Positions 48,387-56,651 of a DNA stretch of 64,000 bases are shown piece after piece. Every line of letters starts with the position of its first letter. Position 1 is the stretch's first letter. Under the pieces are notes generated by a model. It was not told the DNA's origin. It saw only the letters and a list, made by a program, of their open reading frames with translations, and did no database searches. Source of the DNA: Prochloron sp. SulCav_FS08_3_32_3330 (GTDB taxonomy: Bacteria; Cyanobacteriota; Cyanobacteriia; Cyanobacteriales; DYNF01). The position numbers and the translations under genes are program-made. The stretch is from positions 1,241-65,240 of the forward strand of contig DYNF01000007.1 of the NCBI GenBank assembly GCA_020721205.1, given 5' to 3'.

Positions 48387-50975
48387 CTACACCAAAACAT
48401 CCTCAAACTTAGGCATTTTCTCCACAGGAATTACCCGCCCGAAATCCTCAAAACCCGCAATCTCATCAAAATTGAGATAACGGTATAAATCACCCTTAAA
48501 CGGGTCAACTTTTTGAGCCACAATACTCATATATTCCTCAACAGTAGGAATCTTACCTAATAACGCACATACCGCCGCCAACTCCGCACTACCGAGATAC
48601 ACCCTTGCACCCTTACCCATGCGATTATTAAAATTACGGGTAGAAGTAGAGAAAACAGTAGCATTATCCTCAACTCTTGCCTGATTTCCCATACAGAGGG
48701 AACATCCGGGCATTTCTGTCCTTGCACCCGAAGCTACAAAGATATCATAAACCCCTTCCTCTTGTAACATTTGTTCATCCATGCGGGTGGGTGGACATAT
48801 CCATAAACGCCCTTTAACCGTACCTGCACCCTCAAGAATCTTAGCCGCAGCCCGATAATGTCCGATATTGGTCATACATGAACCAATAAACACCTCATCT
48901 ACCTTGTCTCCGGCACATTCGCTCATTAATTTTACATTATCAGGGTCATTGGGTGCGGCGACAATGGGTTCTTTTATCTCACTTAAGTTTACCTCAATGG
49001 TATCCACATATTCTGCATCCGCATCGGCAGACATTAAACTCGGATTTTGCAACCATGCTTCCATTTTGGCAATACGGCGTAACAAGGTACGAGCATCTTG
49101 ATATCCCCTTGCGATCATATTTTTCATTAAGACGATATTAGAACGCAAGTATTCCGCTACAGTCTCCTCACTGAGTTTAATGGTACTACCAGAACAACTA
49201 CGCTCTGCTGTAGCATCGGTTAATTCAAAAGCCTGTTCTACCTTTAAATCGGGTAATCCTTCCATTTCCATAATGCGACCATTGAAAACATTGATTTTGT
49301 TCTCTTTGCCGTAGGTAAGTTTACCCTGTTGCATGGCTACCCAGGGAATAGCGTTAACGATATCTCGTAATGTTACCCCTGGTTGTAATTCCCCTGTAAA
49401 CTTGACTAAGACCGATTCTGGCATATCTAAAGGCATTACCCCTAAAGCCGCCGCAAAAGCGACTAAACCTGAACCTGCGGGAAATGATATTCCTAAAGGG
49501 AAACGGGTATGAGAGTCGCCCCCTGTACCCACTGTATCGGGTAATAACATCCGATTTAACCAAGAGTGAATGATACCATCTCCCGGACGTAAAGCCACTC
49601 CCCCTCTCGTTGAGAAAAAGTCGGGTAATGATTTGTGGGTTTTGATGTCAACGGGTTTGGGGTAAGCGGCGGTATGACAGAAGGTTTGTAAGGTTAAATC
49701 AGCATTGAAACCTAAACAGGCTAACTCTTTTAACTCGTCTCTGGTCATAGGTCCTGTGGTATCCTGAGAGCCTACGGTGGTCATTATCGGTTCGCAGGAT
49801 GTACCCGGACGAATACCAGTAACTCCACAGGCTTTACCTACCATTTTCTGAGCTAACGTATAGCCTTTACCCGTGTCTTCTGGAGGTATAGGACGTACAA
49901 ATAGGGTAGAAGTCTCTAATCCTAAAGCATGACGGGCTTTATCGGTTAAGGTGCGTCCAATTAAAAGAGGAATACGTCCACCCGCACGAACTTCATCTAA
50001 AATCGTATCGGGTTTGAGGGTAAAGGTGGTAATGGTTTCGCCGTTTTGATTGGTAATCTTACCCAGATAGGGGTGTATTGTGATTACATCACCCGTATTC
50101 AGTTGAGTTACATCGCATTCTATGGGTAATGCGCCTGAATCTTCGGCAGTATTAAAGAAAATGGGAGCGATTTTCCCCCCTAGAATGTAACCACCTGCCC
50201 GTTTATTGGGTACAAAGGGAATATCGTTACCAATATGCCATAATACGGAGTTAATCGCTGATTTACGGGATGAGCCTGTGCCTACCACATCACCGACATA
50301 AGCCACAGGATAGCCGTTTTCTTTCAATTTGGCGATGGTTTCTATGCCTTCGGGCATTTTTGACTCTAACATCGCTAAGGCGTGTAAGGGTATATCGGGG
50401 CGGGTGGTGGCGTGGGGTGCTGGGGATAAATCATCGGTATTGGTTTCCCCTGGCACTTTAAACACGGTGACGGTGATTTCTTTGGCAACTTTCGGTTTAC
50501 TGATAAACCATGCACCGTTAGCCCAAGCATCCATCACCTGTTTAGCGTAGGGGTTGGTATCGCATCCATGCAATACATCGTTAAACGCATCAAAGACTAA
50601 CAGGGTTTTACTTAGTGCGATCGCTGCTTCTGAAGCAATATTACTATCTTGAGACTTGAGCAGTTCGATCAGGGATTGCACATTATAGCCTCCCATCATT
50701 GTACCGAGTAAGTCCACCGCACCTTGAGGACTGATCAAAGGACATTTAATTTCACCTTTAGCAACACCTGTTAAAAATCCGGCTTTGACGTAGGCGGCTT
50801 CGTCAACTCCGGGGGGTATGCGATCCCTGAGTAACATCATCAGGGTTTCGGCTTCGCCTTCGGGGGGATTTTTCAGTAACTCGCACAGTTGGGAGGTTTG
50901 TTCGGCATTGAGGGGTAAGGGGGGAATGCCTAATTTTGCCCGTTCTTCGGCGTGTTTCCGGTATTCTTGTAACAT
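48387..50975 (-). CDS. acnB: Aconitate hydratase B (bifunctional aconitase 2 / 2-methylisocitrate dehydratase)
   Basis: 862 aa; N-terminal '[22 protein letters not shown]', typical of AcnB; Fe-S ligand regions 'IGSCMTN' and '[12 protein letters not shown]'. Confidence 0.93.
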   Translation of the reverse strand: MLQEYRKHAEERAKLGIPPLPLNAEQTSQLCELLKNPPEGEAETLMMLLRDRIPPGVDEAAYVKAGFLTGVAKGEIKCPLISPQGAVDLLGTMMGGYNVQSLIELLKSQDSNIASEAAIALSKTLLVFDAFNDVLHGCDTNPYAKQVMDAWANGAWFISKPKVAKEITVTVFKVPGETNTDDLSPAPHATTRPDIPLHALAMLESKMPEGIETIAKLKENGYPVAYVGDVVGTGSSRKSAINSVLWHIGNDIPFVPNKRAGGYILGGKIAPIFFNTAEDSGALPIECDVTQLNTGDVITIHPYLGKITNQNGETITTFTLKPDTILDEVRAGGRIPLLIGRTLTDKARHALGLETSTLFVRPIPPEDTGKGYTLAQKMVGKACGVTGIRPGTSCEPIMTTVGSQDTTGPMTRDELKELACLGFNADLTLQTFCHTAAYPKPVDIKTHKSLPDFFSTRGGVALRPGDGIIHSWLNRMLLPDTVGTGGDSHTRFPLGISFPAGSGLVAFAAALGVMPLDMPESVLVKFTGELQPGVTLRDIVNAIPWVAMQQGKLTYGKENKINVFNGRIMEMEGLPDLKVEQAFELTDATAERSCSGSTIKLSEETVAEYLRSNIVLMKNMIARGYQDARTLLRRIAKMEAWLQNPSLMSADADAEYVDTIEVNLSEIKEPIVAAPNDPDNVKLMSECAGDKVDEVFIGSCMTNIGHYRAAAKILEGAGTVKGRLWICPPTRMDEQMLQEEGVYDIFVASGARTEMPGCSLCMGNQARVEDNATVFSTSTRNFNNRMGKGARVYLGSAELAAVCALLGKIPTVEEYMSIVAQKVDPFKGDLYRYLNFDEIAGFEDFGRVIPVEKMPKFEDVLV

Positions 50976-51114
50976 TTGGGTTGGTTCTCCTATATTTGTT
51001 TGTTTTCTGTTATTGTATTGTAAAGGAATTGTTACAAGAGTTACTGGTAAACGGATTGATCAGAAAAGATGATTTATAGATTATGATCAAGAATAGAATC
51101 TTTATTTTAGGTAG

Positions 51115-51336
51115 GTGACTATGGTTACAAAACAAATAGTTCAAGAAAAATTAGACAATTTAACAGAAGAACAACTTAATCAAGTTTATGGAATCATTGA
51201 ACAATTAAGTAACGTAGAAAAACCTGTTAAAAAGCCTAGTTTAATGTCTCAATTACAGGAAATTTCTATTGATGCTCCTGAAGATTTCTCTGTTCAAATG
51301 GCTATTCGTTTTGGGAGAGATGTCAGTGAGGACTAA
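51115..51336 (+). CDS. Putative VapB-type antitoxin
   Basis: About 71-73 aa, overlapping the PIN gene start by 17 nt. 'LDNLTEEQLNQVYGIIEQL' is an antitoxin-like helix. Confidence 0.5.
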   Translation: MTMVTKQIVQEKLDNLTEEQLNQVYGIIEQLSNVEKPVKKPSLMSQLQEISIDAPEDFSVQMAIRFGRDVSED

Positions 51337-51730
51337 AATTTTTGTTGATACTTGGTTTATTGTTGCTTTAATTAATAAGCGAGATCAATATCATTCAAAA
51401 GCTTTACAATTAGCTAAACAATTTGAAAAGTATCCTTTAATTACAACAGATGCAATTTTCTTAGAAGTTGGTAATGCTTTATCAAGTAATTACAAAAATG
51501 AAGCAGTAGAATTAATAGAAAGATTTTTAGCATCTGATGAAGCTGAAGTTATCCGTTTAACTCCTAAATTATTTGATGAAGCGTTAAGCTTATATAAAAA
51601 ACATCAAGATAAATCTTGGGGTTTAGTTGACTGTGTTTCTTTTGTGGTAATGAAACAAAATAATATTACTCAAGCATTAACTTTTGATAAACATTTTATT
51701 CAAGCTGGTTTTCAAGCATTGATGAAATGA
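51320..51730 (+). CDS. vapC: PIN-domain toxin VapC
   Basis: In-frame ATG at 51320 (MSVRTKIFVDTWF...); 'FVDT', 'TTDAIFLEV', 'LVDCVSF', 'LTFDKHF' give the PIN acidic residues. Confidence 0.75.
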   Translation: MSVRTKIFVDTWFIVALINKRDQYHSKALQLAKQFEKYPLITTDAIFLEVGNALSSNYKNEAVELIERFLASDEAEVIRLTPKLFDEALSLYKKHQDKSWGLVDCVSFVVMKQNNITQALTFDKHFIQAGFQALMK

Positions 51731-51765
51731 TTTTTCATTTTTTAATTTTTTTAAGGAGGTTTATT

Positions 51766-52629
51766 ATGGCTTGGTCAAGAGGCTATAGATTAAATAATGG
51801 TAAATATACCATTAGTCAAGTATTAGGTGAAGGTGGTTTTGGAATTAGCTATCTTGCTACAGATTATCAGGGAAAAAATGTGGTAATTAAAACTTGTAAT
51901 GATAGTGTTAGACGAGAGCCAAATTTTGCGAAATTTCAACAAGATTTTGTCAATGAAGCTCTTAGACTAAGAGGATGTCAGCATCCTCATATTGTTCAAG
52001 TTTATGAGTTAATTCAAGAAGGTTCATTGTGGTGTATGGTTATGGAGTATATATCAGGTAAAAGTTTGTGGGATTCAGTTAAAAGTTCTGGATATTTAAC
52101 AGAAGGAGAAGCGTTAATAAATATTCAGTTTATTGGAGAAGCCCTTAAAGTTGTGCATCGAAATGGTTTATTACATCGAGATTTAAACCCTAAAAATATT
52201 ATGATAGACCGATTATTTGGAGCAACATTAATTGATTTTGGTTTAGCTCGTGAATTTGTCACTAATCGAACTAAAACTCATACGGTAGCTGCTTTTCCTG
52301 GATTTGCTCCTATTGAACAGTATGGTACAAGAAATAAACGAGGAGCTTATACTGATGTTTATGGTTTAGCCGCCTCATCCTACTACGCTTTAACAGGTCA
52401 AATTCCTACATCTGCTCCTGATCGAGTTTCAGGAATTAGATTAGAGTCACCACAATGGTTAAATCCACAGATTAGTAATCGGATCAATCAAGCTATTTTA
52501 GATGGTATGGAATTATATCCAGAAAATCGTCCTCAATCAGTGCAGGAATGGTTAAATGGTTTGACAAACAGTCCTCCTCCGGTTGATTTTAAGCAATTTG
52601 CAAATCTCGTTGATCCTCAAGGGTTTTAG
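51766..52629 (+). CDS. Stand-alone Hanks-type Ser/Thr protein kinase (catalytic domain only)
   Basis: AAGGAGG lies 8 nt upstream of the ATG at 51766. 'GEGGFGISYLA' G-loop, 'VVIKT', 'HRDLNPKNIM', 'DFGLA', 'APIEQ'. No sensor or repeat domain. Confidence 0.85.
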   Translation: MAWSRGYRLNNGKYTISQVLGEGGFGISYLATDYQGKNVVIKTCNDSVRREPNFAKFQQDFVNEALRLRGCQHPHIVQVYELIQEGSLWCMVMEYISGKSLWDSVKSSGYLTEGEALINIQFIGEALKVVHRNGLLHRDLNPKNIMIDRLFGATLIDFGLAREFVTNRTKTHTVAAFPGFAPIEQYGTRNKRGAYTDVYGLAASSYYALTGQIPTSAPDRVSGIRLESPQWLNPQISNRINQAILDGMELYPENRPQSVQEWLNGLTNSPPPVDFKQFANLVDPQGF

Positions 52630-52772
52630 AGGAGTTTTGAGGTGCGATCGCTTTGGTAAGGGAGTTTTGAGGTGCGATCGCTTTTTAAGGGAGTTTGAAG
52701 TGCGATCGCTCTTTAGGGTAGTTTGAGGTGCGATCGCTTTTAGTGGTAGTTTGGGGTGCGATCGCTTTTAAG
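52630..52772 (+). repeat. Cluster of 5 units of the 28-bp HIP1 repeat (GGGAGTTTGAGGTGCGATCGCTTTT)
   Basis: HIP1 at 52644, 52674, 52702, 52730 and 52758. Starts at the kinase stop codon. Reverse-complement orientation relative to the 46.3-46.8 kb array. Confidence 0.9.
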
Positions 52773-52835
52773 GACAAATCAGTAATTATAGATTATGATT
52801 ATAATAGTTTATTGTTAATTTTGAGGAATTTACTA

Positions 52836-53111
52836 ATGATTACAGTTAATCAAAATCTAAATAATAATGACCTTTTAGCATTAGTTAAAAAAGTCGAAAC
52901 TGAAGGCGAAAGAATCATTATTGAAACGGAAAATAAAGGAAAAGTCGCTATTATTAATTATGCAGATTTGCAACAATTAGAAGATGCTAGAGATTGTGCA
53001 GAATTACGTCAAGCTATAGCAGAAAGTAGTGGTGAATTTTATACACTTGATCAAGTTTTAGCTGAAAGAGGTTTAACTTTAGAAGATATTATGAGTGAGG
53101 AAGATGAGTAA
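52836..53111 (+). CDS. Phd/YefM-like antitoxin
   Basis: In-frame ATG at 52836 (MITVNQNL...). The upstream part of the track ORF is repeat-encoded. 'GKVAIINYADLQQLEDARD' resembles a Phd/YefM core. Confidence 0.55.
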   Translation: MITVNQNLNNNDLLALVKKVETEGERIIIETENKGKVAIINYADLQQLEDARDCAELRQAIAESSGEFYTLDQVLAERGLTLEDIMSEEDE

Positions 53112-53373
53112 AGTATATTTATTATTGGTGGAGAAATCAGTTTTAAAAACTTTAAATGATCTTCCTCTTAAGCAGTATAAGCAAGTGACAATGAAATTAT
53201 TTTCACTGCAAAGAAATCCTTTTCCTCAAGATTCTAAAAAGTTAAAAGGTTTTGAGGACAGTTATCGAGTAGATCAAGGTGAATATCGAATTTTATACAC
53301 GGTTGAGGATGATAAAATTAGGGTGTTTAAAACTGGTAAACGTAATGATGATGAAGTTTATCAAAATTTGTAA
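53095..53373 (+). CDS. RelE/ParE-family toxin
   Basis: 92 aa, overlaps the antitoxin stop; 'SYRVDQGEYRILYTVEDDKIRVFKTGKR'. Confidence 0.7.
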   Translation: MRKMSKVYLLLVEKSVLKTLNDLPLKQYKQVTMKLFSLQRNPFPQDSKKLKGFEDSYRVDQGEYRILYTVEDDKIRVFKTGKRNDDEVYQNL

Positions 53374-53382
53374 ATTGATTAT

Positions 53383-53453
53383 GGTGTGATCTCTTTTAAG
53401 CGGAGTTTAAAGGGTGATCGCTTTGTGGGAGTTAGCGGTGCGATCGCTTTTTA
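53383..53453 (+). repeat. About 3 degenerate units of the 28-bp repeat
   Basis: tggtgtgatctcttttaag / cggagtttaaagggtgatcgctttgt / gggagttagcggtgcgatcgcttttta. Confidence 0.7.
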
Positions 53454-53469
53454 TGAATTATAATGTTAA

Positions 53470-53566
53470 CTAGAATCTTTATTTTAGGTAGATGACTATG
53501 GTAACTACAAATAATTCAAGAAAAATTAGACAATTTAACATTCGTTTTGGGAGAGGTGTTACTTAA
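53470..53566 (+). pseudogene. Internally deleted copy of the 51115-51336 antitoxin cassette head
   Basis: 'tagaatctttattttaggtagatgactatggtaac...aaaaattagacaatttaaca' matches 51094-51163 and joins directly to 'ttcgttttgggagag', which matches 51306-51320. About 140 bp are missing. Confidence 0.65.
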
Positions 53567-53571
53567 AAATA

Positions 53572-53841
53572 ATGACTGGTATTAATTATCCTATTGAATT
53601 AGATATAAAACACATCGCCAAACATTTACCTAATACTCCTCAAATGAGACGACTTTTAAGAAAAGGACTTTCAGCACATATTTTTAAAGATATTGAAACT
53701 TTAGAAAGAGTTACTCAAGCTATTATTGAAAGAGGAGAATATACAGGTAAAATAAGAAAATATGAACGATATGGTTTATATTTTAGTGACGTAATTGGTT
53801 ATAGAATTGATCCTGATGGCACACAATTAAACCTTTATTAG
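53572..53841 (+). CDS. Hypothetical 89-aa protein (toxin-like, unassigned)
   Basis: ORF beginning 5 nt after the remnant's stop. No motif recognised. First gene of a tight two-gene module. Confidence 0.35.
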   Translation: MTGINYPIELDIKHIAKHLPNTPQMRRLLRKGLSAHIFKDIETLERVTQAIIERGEYTGKIRKYERYGLYFSDVIGYRIDPDGTQLNLY

Positions 53842-53857
53842 GTCGAAATGAAAATCA

Positions 53858-54130
53858 ATGACAGCAACAAATATCATGTTATCCCTAGAACAAGCCCAAG
53901 TAGAGAATAATTGGCAATTTACAGAGGTTTGGATTGATCCGATGTTAACACCTCCTTATCTACTTTTATTATTAGTTGATAGTGAAGGAAAATGTCATAT
54001 TTATGATCCTGCTAAAGATTATCAAGTAATATTTTCTAGTAATGATTATGAAACAGCTAAATTATGGTTATTAGAGGATGAATATGAACCAATTGAGGGT
54101 AGATTATCTTTAGATGAATTGCTTGTTTGA
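53858..54130 (+). CDS. Hypothetical 90-aa acidic protein (immunity/antitoxin-like, unassigned)
   Basis: ORF 16 nt downstream of 53572-53841. Acidic ('LLEDEYEPIEGRLSLDELL'). No motif recognised. Confidence 0.35.
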   Translation: MTATNIMLSLEQAQVENNWQFTEVWIDPMLTPPYLLLLLVDSEGKCHIYDPAKDYQVIFSSNDYETAKLWLLEDEYEPIEGRLSLDELLV

Positions 54131-54243
54131 AGGGTGGTTTGAGGTGCGATCTCTTTGATGGGGGTTTAAGGCGCGATCTCTTTTGTAAGGGAGTTAGTGA
54201 TGAGATCGCTTGTTGGGGAGTTTAAGATGCGATCTCTTTTAAC
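54131..54243 (+). repeat. 4 units of the 28-bp repeat (gcgatctc variant)
   Basis: gggtggtttgaggtgcgatctc / ggggtttaaggcgcgatctc / gggagttagtgatgagatcgc / gggagtttaagatgcgatctc. Confidence 0.8.
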
Positions 54244-54306
54244 CACAAATTGGTAATTATAGATTATGATCGCATTAGTTCATTCTTGATATTGAGGAAA
54301 TTACTA

Positions 54307-54597
54307 ATGATTACAGTTAATCAAAATCTAAATAATAATGACCTTTTAGCATTAGTTAAAAAAGTCGAAACTGAAGGCGAAAGAATCATTATTGAAACGG
54401 AAAATAAGGGAAAAGTAGCTCTTATTAATTATCAAGATTTACAATTGTTAGAAGATTTAGAAGATGCTAGAGATTGTGCTGAATTACGTCAAGCAATAGA
54501 AGAAAGTAAGGGGCAACCTAGTATTACCTTTAATGAGTTATTAGACGAATTAGGTTTAACAATTGAAGATTTAACATCTGGAGATGAAAATGAGTAA
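54307..54597 (+). CDS. Phd/YefM-like antitoxin (paralog of 52836-53111)
   Basis: The first ~40 codons are identical at the protein level to 52836-53111. The C-terminus diverges, with an extra 'LEDLED'. Confidence 0.55.
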   Translation: MITVNQNLNNNDLLALVKKVETEGERIIIETENKGKVALINYQDLQLLEDLEDARDCAELRQAIEESKGQPSITFNELLDELGLTIEDLTSGDENE

Positions 54598-54859
54598 AGA
54601 ATATTCTTTAATTATTGAACATTCGGCTAGAAAAAGTTTAAAAAATCTTCAACCCAAATTTATAAAACAGATTGTTTTTAAGATATTTACTTTACAAGAT
54701 AATCCTTTTCCTCAAGACTCTACAAAATTAAAGGGTTTTGAGGACAGTTATCGAGTAGATCAAGGTGAATATCGTATTTTATATACCGTTGAGGATGATA
54801 AAATTAGGGTATTTAAAATTGGTAAACGTAATGATGACGAAGTTTATCAAAATTTATAA
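54584..54859 (+). CDS. RelE/ParE-family toxin (paralog of 53095-53373)
   Basis: The C-terminal ~45 aa are nearly identical to 53095-53373 ('NPFPQDS.KLKGFEDSYRVDQGEYRILYTVEDDKIRVFK.GKRNDDEVYQNL'). The N-terminal third diverges. Confidence 0.7.
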   Translation: MKMSKEYSLIIEHSARKSLKNLQPKFIKQIVFKIFTLQDNPFPQDSTKLKGFEDSYRVDQGEYRILYTVEDDKIRVFKIGKRNDDEVYQNL

Positions 54860-54861
54860 GT

Positions 54862-54948
54862 AGGGTAGTTTGGGATGCGATCTCTTTTTGAAGGGAGATT
54901 GAGGTGCGATCTCTTGTTAGGTGGATTGAGGTGCGATCTCTTTTAATG
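54862..54948 (+). repeat. 3 units of the 28-bp repeat (gcgatctc variant)
   Basis: gggtagtttgggatgcgatctc / gggagattgaggtgcgatctc / gtggattgaggtgcgatctc. Confidence 0.8.
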
Positions 54949-55025
54949 ATAATTGCTATTATTGATAGCTTGTTGTTATAATCAAATTGATCGCTTTTTA
55001 TTAAAGTATCAAGGAAAATAAACTT

Positions 55026-55277
55026 ATGACTATTACTATTAATCTGCGTCCAGAAATAGAAACACAACTAACCGAAAAAGCAACAAAACAAGGTAAAGAT
55101 ATTTCAGAAATTGTAACTGAAATTATTACAAATGCGATAGAATTAGAATTACAAGATTATCAAGAAACTATCAAAGGGATTGCTAAAGGATTAGAAGATT
55201 TTGAAACAGGTAATTTTCGTTCTTTTGAAGATTTTACTAATGAACAATGTCGTAAATATAATTTATCTTTAGAATAA
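55026..55277 (+). CDS. RHH/ParD-like antitoxin
   Basis: 83 aa; 'MTITINLRPEIETQL' beta-strand start and 'GLEDFETGNFRSFEDF' tail, typical of antitoxins paired with ParE/RelE. Confidence 0.55.
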   Translation: MTITINLRPEIETQLTEKATKQGKDISEIVTEIITNAIELELQDYQETIKGIAKGLEDFETGNFRSFEDFTNEQCRKYNLSLE

Positions 55278-55345
55278 TGAAATATAAAATAGAAATCTCT
55301 AGTTTAGCAGAATCTGAAGCAGTTAAAGCTTTTTTATCGCTTTAA
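55277..55345 (+). pseudogene. Truncated ParE/RelE toxin gene (22 codons)
   Basis: The ATG overlaps the antitoxin stop (TAATG). 'MKYKIEISSLAESEAVKAFLSL*' is the usual ParE N-terminus cut short 4 bp before the oppositely oriented vapC. Confidence 0.6.
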
Positions 55346-55349
55346 TATT

Positions 55350-55754
55350 TTATAAATCAGGCTTTTTAACAGTTGAATTAGATAAATTTTGAGATTTTCT
55401 AATAAATTTCTCATCAAAAGTATAAAATTCTAAACAATGATTACTAGAAGCTAAATGAAAAGCATCTGCAAAATCTACACCTTTTTCATGCCATTCAATC
55501 ACTTGTAAAATCAACCTTTCATCAGTTAAATAAACATTAGGTAATCCAAAAACTTTTCTCAAAGCTTGACCAATTTCTACAGGTTTAAATTTATAAGCAA
55601 AACGTAATACCCATTCAGTTTCTAAGATAACAGTCTCAGCAATAAAAATATTTTTATTTTCAAACAATCTTAAGCTTTGCTGATATTGTAGTTTATCATC
55701 TTGAGTAATTAATCTAACAAGAATATTAGTATCAATAGCAATTATTGATTCCAT
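55350..55754 (-). CDS. vapC: PIN-domain toxin VapC
   Basis: 134 aa; 'IIAIDTNILVRL', 'ETVILETEWVL', 'DFADAFHL', 'YTFDEKF'. Confidence 0.8.
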   Translation of the reverse strand: MESIIAIDTNILVRLITQDDKLQYQQSLRLFENKNIFIAETVILETEWVLRFAYKFKPVEIGQALRKVFGLPNVYLTDERLILQVIEWHEKGVDFADAFHLASSNHCLEFYTFDEKFIRKSQNLSNSTVKKPDL

Positions 55755-55999
55755 GATTTTTCTATTCCCTGAGCAATAGCTTGATCCATTTCTTCAATTG
55801 TTTTTGCTTTTCCTTGATACTTCAAACACCCTGCAACATCAGCTAATTTAGTTTCAGGAAAAACTTTTTTAGGCTTTAATAAAATACCATCACCAAAATT
55901 AATTATAATTAATTCTTGACCATCTTCCCAATGAAACTGATCCCTTAAGATTTTGGGAATAGTAACTTGACCTTGACTTGATAATTTAGTAATTTCCAT
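55742..55999 (-). CDS. vapB: AbrB/MazE/SpoVT-family antitoxin (VapB)
   Basis: 85 aa; 'KLSSQGQVTIPKILRDQF' looped-hinge-helix motif; overlaps the vapC start by 13 nt. Confidence 0.75.
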   Translation of the reverse strand: MEITKLSSQGQVTIPKILRDQFHWEDGQELIIINFGDGILLKPKKVFPETKLADVAGCLKYQGKAKTIEEMDQAIAQGIEKSWNQ

Positions 56000-56092
56000 T
56001 GATAAATATTACTTCTATTTTTTCTATCTAAGTCTAACATAAATTACTGTCTGTGTAAAACTGATCACTGTGCGATCGCTTGTTTATATTAA

Positions 56093-56377
56093 TTATTCGT
56101 AAACTTTACTTCGATGAGCAATTAAAATTATTGTCACCAGAATTAAATTATCATTAATTTCATAAACAACTCGATAATCACCAACTCGATAACGATAATA
56201 ACCAGAATATTCACCTTTTAAAGGTTTAATATTTGGATGATAACGAGGATTGATTTTCAATTGTTCAAAACAACGATCTAATTTCTTTTGTAAAGAAGCA
56301 GGAGATGCTTCAAAAAACTTCTGAGCATCAACTTCAATAACAATATGATAATTAATATTTTCGCTTGAGTTGCTCAA
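56093..56377 (-). CDS. RelE/ParE-family toxin
   Basis: 94 aa; 'GYYRYRVGDYRVVYEINDNLILVTIILIAHRSKVY'. Confidence 0.7.
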   Translation of the reverse strand: MSNSSENINYHIVIEVDAQKFFEASPASLQKKLDRCFEQLKINPRYHPNIKPLKGEYSGYYRYRVGDYRVVYEINDNLILVTIILIAHRSKVYE

Positions 56378-56582
56378 CAGGTATCACCTTCCCTTGTTCA
56401 ACATTTTGCTTGGCTTTTTCAAAAGACTCTTTGAAACCATTAATTTTTAATAATTCTTCAGTGGGATCATCTTCCTCTTTTTCAGCTAAATAAGCCAAAA
56501 AATCTACTGCAACTAAAAGCTTTTGTGTTGATAGTTGCTCAACATAATCTTGAATTTGACTACGAAGTTGTATTGCGTCCAT
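56352..56582 (-). CDS. Putative antitoxin of the adjacent RelE/ParE toxin
   Basis: 76-aa ORF upstream of, and overlapping, the toxin gene. Helical, with an acidic middle. Confidence 0.5.
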   Translation of the reverse strand: MDAIQLRSQIQDYVEQLSTQKLLVAVDFLAYLAEKEEDDPTEELLKINGFKESFEKAKQNVEQGKVIPVEQLKRKY

Positions 56583-56651
56583 AAAAATAGCATTAACACA
56601 ATTAATTTATGTAAAAGTATAACATTTTTTTTGTTTTTTGACTAAAAAACT

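Noticed and set aside
48387-50975. acnB as horizontally acquired, on the basis of its higher GC
   Set aside because: My spot counts give about 48% GC, but other conserved core genes here (ftsZ, ilvA, pepA) look similarly GC-enriched relative to accessory genes. Composition alone does not support transfer.
48868-51072. ORFs antisense to, or out of frame within, acnB (48868-49101, 48953-49141, 49354-49563, 50270-50461, 50329-50550, 50818-51072)
   Set aside because: They lie mostly or entirely within the strongly supported 862-aa acnB gene, are low-complexity or Arg/Ser-rich, and are typical shadow ORFs of a GC-richer gene.
52728-52835. Repeat-encoded N-terminal extensions of ORFs 52728-53111 and 54250-54597
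   Set aside because: The upstream codons lie in the 28-bp repeats and leader. Both paralogs share an internal ATG (MITVNQNL) where their conserved sequence starts.
54813-55067. 84-aa minus-strand ORF across repeat cluster 54862-54948
   Set aside because: It spans the repeat cluster and the start of the 55026 antitoxin gene on the other strand. Its composition is repeat-driven.
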